64,000 bases of DNA from an uncultured Bacteroidales bacterium (GCA_934726455.1 CAKVDS010000001.1:79452-143451), one strand, 5' to 3'; numbered from the stretch's first letter, positions 18,208-28,478 are shown. Translations and numbers: made by a program. Notes: generated by a model not told the origin, from the sequence alone.

Positions 18208-19926
18208 ATGAAAAAGATAATACTATCAATCGTGGCTCTTGCAGCCGGCAGTATGGTTGCAGGCGCGCAGAATATGTACGATGCCATAAATTTCAGCCGT
18301 AACGATTATCTGGGGACTGCCCGTACGATGGCTCTCGGCAATGCCGTGACTGCCATCGGCGGAGATCTCGGCACGGTGGGGATCAATCCGGCGGGTTCCG
18401 CTGTGGCCAATTATGGACAGTTGACAGTCACTCCCGGTTTCACCTTGTCTTCTGTAAGTTCCGCATATTCTGCAGAGGGGGATTATATGTACGGTGCCTT
18501 CGGCAAGACTACGCGTTCCCGCCTGTCCATGCCTAATCTGGGCATTTCCCTGGTGATGGAGACAGGGCGCCGGTCCGGGCTGAAGTCTTTCACCTTTGCT
18601 GTGGTATCCAATCAGACCGCACAGTATAATTACAGCGCCTCAGCCTACGGAGCCAATTCCAGAACTTCCAAGATGGCGGAGTTCGCAAGCGCCGCATCAG
18701 GTATAAGGGAAGATGTGCTGGCCAACTACAATTCATTCGACAACAGCGATGTGTCCTGGGACGTGCTGACTGCATATCAGGCCGGGATGTTCGGCTCTTA
18801 CGGCACTGACGGACGTTATGTGGGAGTGACGGAGATGATTTCTCCGGACGGCTCTTACCATTATGTTCCGGGTGCGCTCCAACAGTCGTCCGCCATTACC
18901 AAGAACGGACATAAGAACGATCTTGTATTCAATTTCGGTTTCAACGTCTCCGACAAGTTCTTCTTCGGCTTCAATCTCGGCACCCCGGCTGCGGAGTACC
19001 GTTATTCCGAGGCTTTCTATGAGACGGCGATAGATATGGATGCATTTCCGATTTCGTTTATCGGCAGCGATGGCAAGGAGACGCTGACTGCTTTCAGGAG
19101 CGGTTCGTATTCTTATAATTATACGGCTGATATTGACGGTATCTATGCTAAATTCGGCTTTATCAGCACACCGGTGAAGGGCCTCCGTCTCGGTGCTGCG
19201 ATACAGACTCCGACTGCCTACACGATCACGGAAAAATGGCAGTATGGCGCCTCTACATGGTTTGAGAACGGGCAGTTCAACGACAGCGCGACATCGCCTC
19301 GCGGCGAGTACACATATTGTCTCCAGTCTCCGTATATTGTCAATCTCGGTGCCGCTTACACTTTTGGCAGCCATGGTTTTGTGAGCGTGGACTATGAACT
19401 CACCGACTACAGCGTCATGCGTTTCTCCGAGCAGCACCCTGACTATCTGGCCGCTGACAGGTATTATGATCTCAATGAGGCCAACAAGTATTTCGCAGGT
19501 GTCTCACATGCTCTGCGTATCGGTGCCGAACTGCGTCTGACACCTGAATTCTCACTGCGTGCGGGTTTGTCATCAGTGACTTCTCCGGAGCGCCACTGGA
19601 CCAATAACGAGGGTGTTGACGTCACTGCCGATGATTTTCTCAATGATTTCAACTCCTACAGCGGCAGCATGAAAAAACTGGTGTCCCAGCACTACTATGG
19701 TGACAGGACGTCTTCACTTTCGTTCGGTTTCGGCTATTCGTCTCCGGGATCTTTCTTCGCCGATTTTGCGGTGAAGTGCACAAAATATCCGGAGACAGTG
19801 TTCTCCCCTTATTACGATTACGACAATTACAATGCGGCCGGTTTGGAGACAAACACCAAGTCACCGCGCATATCAAACAGACCAACTCTCTGGAATGCAG
19901 CCCTTACTTTTGGCTGGAGATTCTAG
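18208..19926 (+). CDS. FadL/OmpP1-like outer-membrane beta-barrel protein
   Basis: Signal peptide, N-terminal GTARTMALGNAVTAIGGDLGTVGINPAGSA motif, alternating beta pattern and a terminal aromatic residue (GWRF). Confidence 0.6.
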   Translation: MKKIILSIVALAAGSMVAGAQNMYDAINFSRNDYLGTARTMALGNAVTAIGGDLGTVGINPAGSAVANYGQLTVTPGFTLSSVSSAYSAEGDYMYGAFGKTTRSRLSMPNLGISLVMETGRRSGLKSFTFAVVSNQTAQYNYSASAYGANSRTSKMAEFASAASGIREDVLANYNSFDNSDVSWDVLTAYQAGMFGSYGTDGRYVGVTEMISPDGSYHYVPGALQQSSAITKNGHKNDLVFNFGFNVSDKFFFGFNLGTPAAEYRYSEAFYETAIDMDAFPISFIGSDGKETLTAFRSGSYSYNYTADIDGIYAKFGFISTPVKGLRLGAAIQTPTAYTITEKWQYGASTWFENGQFNDSATSPRGEYTYCLQSPYIVNLGAAYTFGSHGFVSVDYELTDYSVMRFSEQHPDYLAADRYYDLNEANKYFAGVSHALRIGAELRLTPEFSLRAGLSSVTSPERHWTNNEGVDVTADDFLNDFNSYSGSMKKLVSQHYYGDRTSSLSFGFGYSSPGSFFADFAVKCTKYPETVFSPYYDYDNYNAAGLETNTKSPRISNRPTLWNAALTFGWRF

Positions 19927-19943
19927 AAACTTCTTGAAATTCA

Positions 19944-20930
19944 ATGGAATTTACCGCTAGACAACTTGCCGAGGTTCTCAATGGGACAGTGGAAGGCAAT
20001 CCTGGGGAGAAAGTCTCCTCATTCGCGAAGATAGAACACGGCAAGCCGGGGCAGCTCTGCTTCCTCGCCAATCCGAAGTACGAACAGTATGCCTACAGCA
20101 GCAAGGCTTCTGTCCTGCTTGTAAACAAAGACTTTGAACCGAAGCAACCTGTTGCTCCGACGCTTGTGAGAGTGGACAATGCCTATTCCGCACTGGCGGA
20201 TCTGCTCAAATATGTGTCAGACCACAACAAGCAGTACAGGCGTCACCGTGGCCGCTGCCATATCGCATGGAATGCCAAGATAGGGAAAAGGGTCTCTGTC
20301 GGAGACTATGTCACAATAGGCAAGGGCTGCACTGTGGGCGACTGCACAAAAATATATGACAATGTCACAATCGGTGCCGGTACGAAGATAGGCTCCTACT
20401 GCATAATATATCCCGGGGTGCACATTTTCCCGGGGATGGTCATAGGCGACCGGGTGATCCTGCATGCCGGCTGTATCATCGGAGATGACGGTTTCGGGAA
20501 CGCCCCTCAGCCTGACGGCACTTGGCGCAAGATAGAGCATGTGGGCAACGTGGTGATAGGCAATGATGTGGAGATAGGCTCGAATACGACTGTTGACAGG
20601 GCTCCGATGGAATCCACCATAATAGAGGACGGTGTCAGGATAGACAACCTTTGCCAGATAGCCCACAATGTCGTGGTGGGAGAGAATACGGCGATTGCTG
20701 CGCTTACAGGAATAGCCGGCTCTTCCAAGATCGGAAAGGGCTGCATTTTTGCCGGTCAGGTGGGCATTTCCGGGCATATCACGATAGCCGACAAGACTAC
20801 GATATGCGCCAAGACCGGAGTTATCGGCAATGTGCGCAAACCGGGCCAGACGCTCTTCGGTATCCCTGCCCTGCCGCACGGGACATACCTGCGGGCTTAT
20901 GCCAAGTTCAAGCAGTCCGGTGAGGAATAA
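19944..20930 (+). CDS. lpxD: UDP-3-O-acylglucosamine N-acyltransferase
   Basis: N-terminal LpxD domain plus hexapeptide repeats. Confidence 0.9.
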   Translation: MEFTARQLAEVLNGTVEGNPGEKVSSFAKIEHGKPGQLCFLANPKYEQYAYSSKASVLLVNKDFEPKQPVAPTLVRVDNAYSALADLLKYVSDHNKQYRRHRGRCHIAWNAKIGKRVSVGDYVTIGKGCTVGDCTKIYDNVTIGAGTKIGSYCIIYPGVHIFPGMVIGDRVILHAGCIIGDDGFGNAPQPDGTWRKIEHVGNVVIGNDVEIGSNTTVDRAPMESTIIEDGVRIDNLCQIAHNVVVGENTAIAALTGIAGSSKIGKGCIFAGQVGISGHITIADKTTICAKTGVIGNVRKPGQTLFGIPALPHGTYLRAYAKFKQSGEE

Positions 20931-20956
20931 AAAATTTTTTCTATCTTTGCGCCCCG

Positions 20957-21853
20957 ATGAATCAACAGACAGTAATTAAGGAATACACCTTCGAGGGAAG
21001 AGGGCTTCACACAGGCTGTTACGCGCATCTTACCATCTGCCCTGCCCCGGAGAACTTCGGAATACGCTTCCTCCGTACAGATGTGGAGGTGGAAATTCCG
21101 GCGCTTGCCAGCAAGGTGAGCAGGACAGACAGAAGCACCACCATCTCAGAAGGAGATGTACAGGTGGTCACCATAGAGCACCTTCTTTCGGCCCTTACCG
21201 GGCTTGGTGTGGACAATGCTCTGATTAAGATAGACAACGTGGAAGTGCCTGTGCTTGACGGCAGCGCGGAGTGCTATGTGCGCGCGATTGCCCCGGACGG
21301 ACTCCACGAACAGGCTGCCGAGAGACATTATATCACCCTCGGGGAAGAGGTCGAGGTCAGGGATGAAAGCACCGGCTCATGGGTCAAGATCACCCCGGCG
21401 GAAAGCCTCTCCTATGACGTGACCGTGGATTTCAATTCTCGCGTGCTCGGGGTACAGAAAGCCCATTGGAGCGAGAATGCCGACTATGTCGCCCAGGTCG
21501 CACCATGCCGCACCTTCTGCTTCTTCCATGAGCTCGAGGCCCTCGCATCAAGAGGACTTGTCAAGGGCGGGGATGTGGACAACGCGATAGTGATAGTGGA
21601 GCATCCGGTCACCAAGGAGCAGATAGACAAGATGTGTGTGCTTTTCGGCCAGCCGCGTCTCTCCGTTACGGACAACGGCTATCTGAGCAATCTCAAGCTT
21701 CATTTTCCGAACGAATGCGGCAGGCACAAACTTCTCGACCTGATCGGTGACATGCGTCTCGTGGGAGGTTATCTCAAGGCTCATGTCAGTGCATATAAAC
21801 CTGGCCATAGAATCAACAGCGCCGCCGCTCGGGCTGTAATGGAAAAAATCTGA
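20957..21853 (+). CDS. lpxC: UDP-3-O-acyl-GlcNAc deacetylase (LpxC only, no fused FabZ domain)
   Basis: GRGLHTG, IEHLLSAL, PVLDGSA, CFFHELE, GRHKLLDLIGD motifs. The stop is 3 nt before lpxA. Confidence 0.9.
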   Translation: MNQQTVIKEYTFEGRGLHTGCYAHLTICPAPENFGIRFLRTDVEVEIPALASKVSRTDRSTTISEGDVQVVTIEHLLSALTGLGVDNALIKIDNVEVPVLDGSAECYVRAIAPDGLHEQAAERHYITLGEEVEVRDESTGSWVKITPAESLSYDVTVDFNSRVLGVQKAHWSENADYVAQVAPCRTFCFFHELEALASRGLVKGGDVDNAIVIVEHPVTKEQIDKMCVLFGQPRLSVTDNGYLSNLKLHFPNECGRHKLLDLIGDMRLVGGYLKAHVSAYKPGHRINSAAARAVMEKI

Positions 21854-21856
21854 GTT

Positions 21857-22669
21857 ATGGTAAAAATTCATCCTCTTGCGACCGTCAGCGCAAATGCAAA
21901 ACTTGGCGATAATGTTGAGGTAGGACCTTACGCTTTCATAGATGACAATGTCGAGATCGGCGACAACTGCAAGATATACCCTCATGCCAACATCTTTCCG
22001 TATGTGAAGATCGGCAACCATTGTGAAGTGTTTCCGGGGGCTGTAGTAGGCGGTGTTCCGCAGGATCTCAAGTTTGACGGCGAGGTGACTTACGTCGAGA
22101 TCGGCGACTATGTGACCATCCGCGAGTGCGCCACCATCAACCGCGGCACCAAGGCCAGCGGCAAAGGCGTGACAAAAATCGGCGATCACACCTTGATCAT
22201 GTCTTATGTGCATGTGGCACACGACTGCCGTGTCGGCAACCATTGCATTCTCGTGAGCTATGTGGGTATCGCCGGCGAGACGGATGTGGATGACTGGGCC
22301 ATCATCGGCGGCAACACTGCCGTGCACCAGTTCTCCCACATCGGCACCCACGCCATGGTTGGCGGCTGCTCTGCGGTCAACAAGGACATCCCTCCATATT
22401 CGATATGCGGACGGACTCCGATATGTTATGCGGGCATCAATATAGTCGGCCTGCGCAGAAGAGGTTTCGAGTCAGACACTATCCGCAATATCAAGGATAT
22501 CTATGATACGATCTACTATCAGGGAATGAACATCTCCGATGGCTGTGCCAGGGTGGAGGCCGGATTCCCGCAGTCGGTGGAGCGTGACAATATCCTCAAC
22601 TTCATAAAGAACTCCAAGAGAGGTATCGTCCGTGCCGGCGATGTTTCCGCCAAGGGCGGCATCGACTAG
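21857..22669 (+). CDS. lpxA: Acyl-ACP--UDP-GlcNAc O-acyltransferase
   Basis: Hexapeptide repeats plus the LpxA C-terminal helical domain (GLRRRGF). Confidence 0.9.
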   Translation: MVKIHPLATVSANAKLGDNVEVGPYAFIDDNVEIGDNCKIYPHANIFPYVKIGNHCEVFPGAVVGGVPQDLKFDGEVTYVEIGDYVTIRECATINRGTKASGKGVTKIGDHTLIMSYVHVAHDCRVGNHCILVSYVGIAGETDVDDWAIIGGNTAVHQFSHIGTHAMVGGCSAVNKDIPPYSICGRTPICYAGINIVGLRRRGFESDTIRNIKDIYDTIYYQGMNISDGCARVEAGFPQSVERDNILNFIKNSKRGIVRAGDVSAKGGID

Positions 22670-22671
22670 GC

Positions 22672-23265
22672 GTGACCCTTACGATAGCATATTTCCCTCC
22701 GATAGAATACTTTGCGATTCTCGCAAAGTATTCTTCGGTTTATATCGAGGCCTGCGAGAACTACCAGAAGCAGTCTTATCGTAACCGCTGTCTGTTCTAT
22801 GCTTCCGACGGAGTCCAGTCGCTTTCTTTTCCTGTGCGGCACAGGGCAGGCTCCATCAATATCCCTATCAAGGAAGTGGAGGTTGACTATTCCACGCCAT
22901 GGGTGGCCAAGACAGAACGCTGCATAGACACTGCATACCGTTCTTCCGCGTTCTTCGAGTATTACCGCGATCCTCTTTTCTCCATTCTTGATTCGCACCC
23001 GGTGACGCTATGGGAACTTGACATGGCTCTGATCCGCTTTTTCATTGACCGTCTGGGGCTCGTGACACAGTTGGTCGAGACTTCGTCGTATGTGGGGGCG
23101 GATGTGGATATACATCCTAAAAGGCCTGACTCAATCCTTTCTGAACTTGGATTGGACAGGCCTTATTATCAGGTGTTTGCGGATAAACTTGGATTCAAGC
23201 CAAACCTTTCCGTGATGGACCTCCTGTTCAACGAGGGGCCATCCGGTCTGGACTTTATTCTTTAG
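22672..23265 (+). CDS. WbqC-family protein
   Basis: Shows the IAYFPPIEYF...QKQSYRNRC pattern. GTG start as given in the track. Confidence 0.65.
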   Translation: MTLTIAYFPPIEYFAILAKYSSVYIEACENYQKQSYRNRCLFYASDGVQSLSFPVRHRAGSINIPIKEVEVDYSTPWVAKTERCIDTAYRSSAFFEYYRDPLFSILDSHPVTLWELDMALIRFFIDRLGLVTQLVETSSYVGADVDIHPKRPDSILSELGLDRPYYQVFADKLGFKPNLSVMDLLFNEGPSGLDFIL

Positions 23266-23701
23266 GCTCTTCGCCGCCTTCGCCCTCTTCGCCTTTTTCG
23301 GCATCCGGGTCATGAACCCAGTAGACTGCGCTCACTGCTCCCATGTTGCCTTTGCTGGAGAACATGTACAGCGCCAGACATACCTGATCATCCTTGCCCA
23401 AAAGCGCCAGCACCTCATCGTTTGTGAAGGCCTTTATGTCATTCTCGAACATGTCACAGCCGTAGACGGTGGCATCGTAGTACGGGCCGTGGAAGGAATA
23501 GGTCTTGTCGAAGTCGATTTTGGACTTGAAATATTCTTCGATGGCTTTGCTTTGCTCTTCTTTTTTGTCCTCATCCTCTTCGCTGAGATAAATCAGTGTC
23601 TGGTATTGGAATGTGTAGTTGTCCACCTGGTCGAGGTCGCAGCCGGTGAGCATCAGCGCCCCGAAAAGCACAAAGGCTATTTTCTTGAAAAAGTGTTTCA
23701 T
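23255..23701 (-). CDS. Small lipoprotein with acidic tail, unknown function
   Basis: MKHFFKKIAFVLFGALMLTGC lipobox. The track ORF N-terminus (94 codons) was trimmed. Confidence 0.6.
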   Translation of the reverse strand: MKHFFKKIAFVLFGALMLTGCDLDQVDNYTFQYQTLIYLSEEDEDKKEEQSKAIEEYFKSKIDFDKTYSFHGPYYDATVYGCDMFENDIKAFTNDEVLALLGKDDQVCLALYMFSSKGNMGAVSAVYWVHDPDAEKGEEGEGGEEPKE

Positions 23702-23757
23702 TTTTATGTGTGATTTTGTGCAAAAGTACAAAATTTTGTGCGTTTCGGAAAATATTC

Positions 23758-23765
23758 TTACCTTT
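23758..23765 (+). promoter_or_regulatory. -7 box TACCTTTG for the rimP-nusA-infB operon
   Basis: Matches TAnnTTTG 60 nt upstream of the rimP ATG. Confidence 0.5.
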
Positions 23766-23781
23766 GTGCTTGTGAGTGGAT

Positions 23782-23810
23782 GGAAGGCCGGGCGGTCTTC
23801 CTTTTTTTTT
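23782..23810 (+). terminator. Terminator-like hairpin + T9 inside the rimP-nusA-infB leader (candidate attenuator)
   Basis: GGAAGGCC-GGGC-GGTCTTCC followed by nine T residues. It lies between the -7 box and ATG 23825. Confidence 0.55.
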
Positions 23811-23824
23811 AACGGATTGAATAT

Positions 23825-24103
23825 ATGGACCTGCTGAAATTCAAGGAAGTGGTGGAGAACGCCGCAAGAGAGCGAGGCTGCATCGTGGCCGACATGTCTC
23901 TCAATGACGATGACAATGTGTTTGAAGTGATTATCGACAAGGACGCATCTGATGTTGACCTTGCCGACTGCGAGTATGTCCACAGGGCGGTTCTGGCTGC
24001 TTTCGACAGGAACATTGAAGATTATGCCCTCACCGTGAGCTCTGCCGGGATTGATGCCGCGGAGGCTGACGCGATACTGAATTCAACAAACGAAAACATA
24101 TAA
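23825..24103 (+). CDS. rimP: RimP-like ribosome maturation factor, N-terminal domain only (92 aa)
   Basis: Positioned immediately upstream of nusA with a TAATG overlap. The VSSAGID motif resembles the RimP N-domain. The Sm-like C-terminal domain is absent. Confidence 0.6.
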   Translation: MDLLKFKEVVENAARERGCIVADMSLNDDDNVFEVIIDKDASDVDLADCEYVHRAVLAAFDRNIEDYALTVSSAGIDAAEADAILNSTNENI

Positions 24104-25374
24104 TGGAAAAAGAAAAAGTAATCACCCTGATCGACGCGTTCAAGGACTTCAAGGAAGAGAAGAACATTGACCGTCCGGTTATGATGCAGGTGCTCAAGGA
24201 TGTGTTCCTGACCCAGATAGCCAAGACATACGGCTCGGCTGACAACTTCGATGTCATCGTCAATGTGGACAAGGGTACTTGCGAGATCTACCAGAACTTC
24301 GATGTCGTGGAGGAAGTGGAGAATCCGAATTCGGAGATCACCCTTGAGGGGATACGCGAGGATGGCGGAGACGCCGATGACTACGAGGTGGGTGACCAGT
24401 ACTCCAAGAGGCTGCCGCTTGCGGCTTTCGGACGCCGCGGTATCCTGAACATCAGGCAGAACCTTCAGGGCCGTATCATGGACATAGAGAAGGCGAATGT
24501 ATTCAAGAAATACTCGGAGAAGGTCGGTGAACTCTTCTACGGGGAGATCTATCAGACCTGGTCCAAGGAGGTGCTGATCCTTGATGAAGACGGCAACGAA
24601 CTCCACATCCCGAAGTCGGAGCAGATTCCGGGCGAGAGGTTCAAGAAGAGTGATTCTGTCAAGGCTATCATCAAGAGCGTGGAGATGAAAAACAATACCA
24701 CGCCGTACATAACATTGAGCCGCACATCCAACGAGTTCCTCGAAAGGCTCTTCGAGCAGGAGGTTCCGGAGATTGCCGACGGTCTCATCACAGTCAAGAA
24801 AGTCGTCCGTGTGCCTGGCGAGAGGGCCAAGGTTGCCGTCGAGTCTTATGATGACCGCATCGACCCTATCGGCGCCTGCATCGGTGTCAAGGGCAGCCGA
24901 ATCATGGGCATCGTGCGCGAGCTCCGCAACGAGAATATAGATGTCATCCAGTGGTCACAGAATCCGAAACTCATGATTCAGCGTGCGCTCAGCCCGGCGA
25001 TGGTCTCAGCCATAGAGATGGGGGACGGCCCGGAGGACAAGGTGAAGGTGTTCATGCTGCCGGATCAGGTCAGCAAGGGTATCGGACGCCATGGTGTCAA
25101 TATCCAGCTTGCCGGCATGCTTGTGGGACGCGAGATAGAGGTCTACAGGGAACTTCCGAAGGGTGAGGATTCGGATGATGAGGAGGATGTACTGCTCAGT
25201 GAGTTCTCTGACGTGATCGACCAGTGGGTGATCGACCGTCTCGAGTCTATCGGCTGCGACACGGCCAAGAGCGTGCTCGCTCTCACCCCGGAGGATATCG
25301 CCAAGCGGGCGGATCTTGAAGATGAGACCGTCGCGGATGTCTTCAGAGTATTAAAAGCAGAATTCGAGGATTAG
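24103..25374 (+). CDS. nusA: Transcription termination/antitermination factor NusA
   Basis: N-terminal domain, S1 domain, two KH domains ([21 protein letters not shown]). Confidence 0.93.
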   Translation: MEKEKVITLIDAFKDFKEEKNIDRPVMMQVLKDVFLTQIAKTYGSADNFDVIVNVDKGTCEIYQNFDVVEEVENPNSEITLEGIREDGGDADDYEVGDQYSKRLPLAAFGRRGILNIRQNLQGRIMDIEKANVFKKYSEKVGELFYGEIYQTWSKEVLILDEDGNELHIPKSEQIPGERFKKSDSVKAIIKSVEMKNNTTPYITLSRTSNEFLERLFEQEVPEIADGLITVKKVVRVPGERAKVAVESYDDRIDPIGACIGVKGSRIMGIVRELRNENIDVIQWSQNPKLMIQRALSPAMVSAIEMGDGPEDKVKVFMLPDQVSKGIGRHGVNIQLAGMLVGREIEVYRELPKGEDSDDEEDVLLSEFSDVIDQWVIDRLESIGCDTAKSVLALTPEDIAKRADLEDETVADVFRVLKAEFED

Positions 25375-25378
25375 GATA

Positions 25379-28270
25379 ATGGCAGAAATCAGATTAAATA
25401 AGATAATAAGACAATTCAATGTCGGCCTTGACGATCTCGTGGGATTCCTCCGCAAGATAGGTGTCGAGGTCGAGGCCAACCCGAACGGCAAGATCTCTGA
25501 CGAGTATATGCCGGCCATCCGCCGCCAGTTCGGCAAAGACTTGGAACTCAAGCAGGCAGCCGAAAAAGTGGATATCAAGATAACGGAGATTATCGAAAAG
25601 ACGAACCGCAAGCAGAAGCAGGACGAAGATGAGGAGGAGCCGGAGCATGAGACCATCATCAAGAGCAACACCTTCATCAATTCCAAGAAAGACCAGCCGG
25701 CGGTAAAGCCTGCGCCTGCACCGGCGCCGACCCCGGTATCAGTGGAGGAAAAGCCGCAGGAACCGGTGAAGCCTGAACCTGTGACACCGCAGCCGGAGAA
25801 GCCGTCCGCAGCGCCAGTCAAGGAGGAGACTCCTGAAGCAGCCAAGCCTGTGGAGGCGGCTCCGGTCCCGGAACAGAAGCCGGCCCCGGCCGAACCTGTA
25901 GAAAAGCCTGTCCCGGTGCCGGAAGTCAAGCCGGCCCCTGAGAAAAAAGCAGAAGCGTCTCCGGTTGTGGAAGTGAAACCTGCCGCCCCGGCAGTGCAGC
26001 ATCAGAAGCCTGTACGCGTGGAGACCGCGCCTGCCGCTCAGGCAAAGCCGTCTCAACCTGAGGCTGAGGTGCAGAAACCTTCTACGGCTGACGCTTCCGG
26101 CCTCAAGGTCGTCGGTAAGATTGACTTGAGCCAGTTCGACCGCAAGCCGGCCAAGAAGCGCGAGCGCATAAGCAAGGGCACGCGCAAGGTGGATGTGGCC
26201 AAGGCGGGTGCGAATATCGAGAAATCTCCGAAGAAGGACAACAACAAGGACCGTCGTCAAGGCGGGCAGCAGGCGGCCCAGCAGCAGAATCAGGGCAAGG
26301 GACGCAAGCGCGACCGCGACCGTTTCAAGCCGGCTCTGACCGAAAGCCAGCAGGAGGAACTCCAGAAGGAGATCCAGAAGCAGGTCAAAGAGACTTATGC
26401 CAAGATGAACGAGGGCAAGAAGAACAACTTCGGAGCCAAGTACCGCAAGGAGAAGAGGGAGGCTGCCGCGCAGCGTACCCAAGACGAGATGGCGGAGGCG
26501 GCAGCGGAGCAGAAGGTATTGAAAGTTACGGAGTTTGTGACCGTCAATGACCTTGCGACCCTCATGAACAACACCCCTGTGGTGAAGGTCATCGGCGCCT
26601 GCATGAGCCTCGGCCTCATGGTGTCCATCAATCAGAGACTTGATGCCGAGACCCTCGTGCTCGTTGCCGAGGAATTCGGCTACAAGGTCGAGTTCGTCAC
26701 TGCCGACATCACCGAAGAGATCAACCAGTCCGAGCAGGTTGACCGTCCGGAGGATCTCAAGCCGCGTCCGCCTATCATCACTGTGATGGGACATGTGGAC
26801 CATGGCAAGACATCCCTCCTTGATTATATCCGTAAATCCAATGTTATTGCCGGTGAGGCCGGCGGTATCACCCAGCATATAGGTGCGTACAATGTCGAAT
26901 TGCCGGACGGACGCCGGATAACGTTCCTGGATACCCCTGGACATGAGGCATTTACGGCCATGCGTGCCCGTGGTGCCCAGCTTACCGACCTTGCCATCAT
27001 CATTGTCGCAGCTGACGATGCGGTGATGCCGCAGACAATCGAAGCCATCAACCACGCTCAGGCTGCCAATGTCCCGATGGTGTTTGCCATCAACAAGATA
27101 GACAAGCCTGGTGCTGATCCGGACAAGATTCGCCGTCAGCTCGCTGAGATGAATATCCTCGTGGAGGACTGGGGCGGCAAGTACCAGTGTCAGGAGATTT
27201 CCGCCAAGAAGGGTCTCAATGTGGACAAACTTCTTGAGAAGGTGCTTCTTGAGACGGATCTTCTTGAACTCAAGGCCAATCCGGACAAGCTGGCGGTAGG
27301 TGCTGTCATTGAGTCTTCTCTCGACAAGGGGCGTGGCTATCTGGCTACGGTGCTTGTGCAGGAAGGGACTCTGCGTCAGGGGGATGTGATGCTTTGTGGA
27401 AGTTATTACGGCAGGATAAAGTCGATGTTCAACGAGCGTGGGCAGAAAGTGACGGAGGCGGGTCCTTCGACACCTGTCTCAGTGCTCGGACTCAACGGGG
27501 CTCCGGCGGCAGGAGAGAAGTTCAATGTGATGGCTGACGAGAAGGAGGCCAAGAACATTGCCAACAAGCGCGAGCAGCTTCTCCGCATCCAGGGCATCAA
27601 GACCCAGAAGCACATGACCCTTGAGGAGATAGGACGTCGCATCGCTATCGGTAATTTCAAGGAACTCAACATCATCGTCAAGGGCGATGTGGACGGCTCT
27701 GTCGAGGCGCTGTCGGACTCTCTCATCAAGCTTTCTACCGATGAGGTCAAGGTCAATGTGATCCACAAGGCTGTCGGTGGCATATCGGAGTCCGATGTGC
27801 TTCTTGCCGAGGCCTCCGATGCCGTGATTGTCGGCTTCCAGGTACGTCCTACCGTCGAGGCCCGCAGGGCCGCCGAGCGTGAGGGTATCGAAATCCGCCT
27901 CTACTCTGTCATCTACGACTGTATCAACGATGTCAAGGACGGTATCGAGGGCATGCTTGAGCCGGAGAAGAAAGAGGAGGTCATCGCGACTGCCGAGGTC
28001 AAGCAGACTTTCCGTATCAGCAAGGTCGGGACCATCGCCGGATGTATCATCCGCGACGGCAAGATGGTGCAGAAGTCCAAGGTCCGTCTCATCCGCGACG
28101 GTATCGTGATCTATACCGGAGAACTCAGTTCCCTGCAGATAGGCAAGGATGCCGTCAAGGAGGTCATCGCCGGCAAGGAGTGCGGTATGACCATCGCCGG
28201 ATACAATGACATCAAGGAGGGCGACATTATCGAGGCCTTCCAGATTGTCGAAGTCAAGAGGACGCTGTAG
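25379..28270 (+). CDS. infB: Translation initiation factor IF-2
   Basis: P/A/E/K-rich linker followed by the GTPase domain ([26 protein letters not shown]). Confidence 0.95.
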   Translation: MAEIRLNKIIRQFNVGLDDLVGFLRKIGVEVEANPNGKISDEYMPAIRRQFGKDLELKQAAEKVDIKITEIIEKTNRKQKQDEDEEEPEHETIIKSNTFINSKKDQPAVKPAPAPAPTPVSVEEKPQEPVKPEPVTPQPEKPSAAPVKEETPEAAKPVEAAPVPEQKPAPAEPVEKPVPVPEVKPAPEKKAEASPVVEVKPAAPAVQHQKPVRVETAPAAQAKPSQPEAEVQKPSTADASGLKVVGKIDLSQFDRKPAKKRERISKGTRKVDVAKAGANIEKSPKKDNNKDRRQGGQQAAQQQNQGKGRKRDRDRFKPALTESQQEELQKEIQKQVKETYAKMNEGKKNNFGAKYRKEKREAAAQRTQDEMAEAAAEQKVLKVTEFVTVNDLATLMNNTPVVKVIGACMSLGLMVSINQRLDAETLVLVAEEFGYKVEFVTADITEEINQSEQVDRPEDLKPRPPIITVMGHVDHGKTSLLDYIRKSNVIAGEAGGITQHIGAYNVELPDGRRITFLDTPGHEAFTAMRARGAQLTDLAIIIVAADDAVMPQTIEAINHAQAANVPMVFAINKIDKPGADPDKIRRQLAEMNILVEDWGGKYQCQEISAKKGLNVDKLLEKVLLETDLLELKANPDKLAVGAVIESSLDKGRGYLATVLVQEGTLRQGDVMLCGSYYGRIKSMFNERGQKVTEAGPSTPVSVLGLNGAPAAGEKFNVMADEKEAKNIANKREQLLRIQGIKTQKHMTLEEIGRRIAIGNFKELNIIVKGDVDGSVEALSDSLIKLSTDEVKVNVIHKAVGGISESDVLLAEASDAVIVGFQVRPTVEARRAAEREGIEIRLYSVIYDCINDVKDGIEGMLEPEKKEEVIATAEVKQTFRISKVGTIAGCIIRDGKMVQKSKVRLIRDGIVIYTGELSSLQIGKDAVKEVIAGKECGMTIAGYNDIKEGDIIEAFQIVEVKRTL

Positions 28271-28293
28271 GCGTTTTGACTGAATATTTTGAG

Positions 28294-28329
28294 ACCCCGG
28301 TTGAAAAATGTTTTTCAGCCGGGGTTTTC
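28294..28329 (+). terminator. infB terminator
   Basis: ACCCCGGTTGAAAAA / TTTTTCAGCCGGGGT long stem followed by TTT. Confidence 0.7.
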
Positions 28330-28331
28330 AT

Positions 28332-28421
28332 GCGCCAAAACTCTCGTTTTATCATCGATTTGGCGCGCTTTTATAGTGTATAACGCGCCAAAACTCTCGT
28401 TTTATCATCGATTTGGCGCGC
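28332..28421. repeat. Two perfect 37-nt direct repeats, each with a GCGCCAAA...TTTGGCGC palindrome
   Basis: GCGCCAAAACTCTCGTTTTATCATCGATTTGGCGCGC occurs at 28332-28368 and 28385-28421. Confidence 0.9.
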
Positions 28422-28450
28422 TATGGCTTGTTTTTCCGGAGTGTTTACAG

Positions 28451-28458
28451 TATATTTG
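28451..28458 (+). promoter_or_regulatory. -7 box TATATTTG
   Basis: Matches TAnnTTTG 21 nt upstream of ATG 28479. Confidence 0.55.
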
Positions 28459-28478
28459 CCAATACTAAGTATGTATAT

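Noticed and set aside
17201-18229. Alternative-frame ORFs (17201-17791 +, 17678-18229 -, 17951-18196 +) inside the low-complexity lipoprotein gene
   Set aside because: Only the 17167 frame starts with a proper lipoprotein signal and lipobox. Repetitive DNA keeps several frames open. Some uncertainty about the true frame of the S/G-rich tail remains and is noted in the finding.
21548-22351. 267-aa ORF antisense to lpxC/lpxA
   Set aside because: It spans the junction of two well-supported genes on the other strand. Hexapeptide-repeat genes commonly leave open antisense frames.
25680-26400. Pro/Ala/Glu/Lys-rich repetitive region in IF-2
   Set aside because: This is the normal variable linker of bacterial IF-2 N-terminal regions and not a separate feature.
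25739-27055. 438-aa ORF antisense to infB
   Set aside because: It lies entirely within the strongly supported IF-2 frame. Its translation is Arg/Leu/Gly-rich with no motifs, which is the typical mirror-frame artefact of a GC-rich gene.
28332-28421. Possible CRISPR array
   Set aside because: There are only two repeat copies with a 16-nt spacer, and no cas genes. The same holds for the repeats at 7390-7443. These are better explained as regulatory or terminator duplications.
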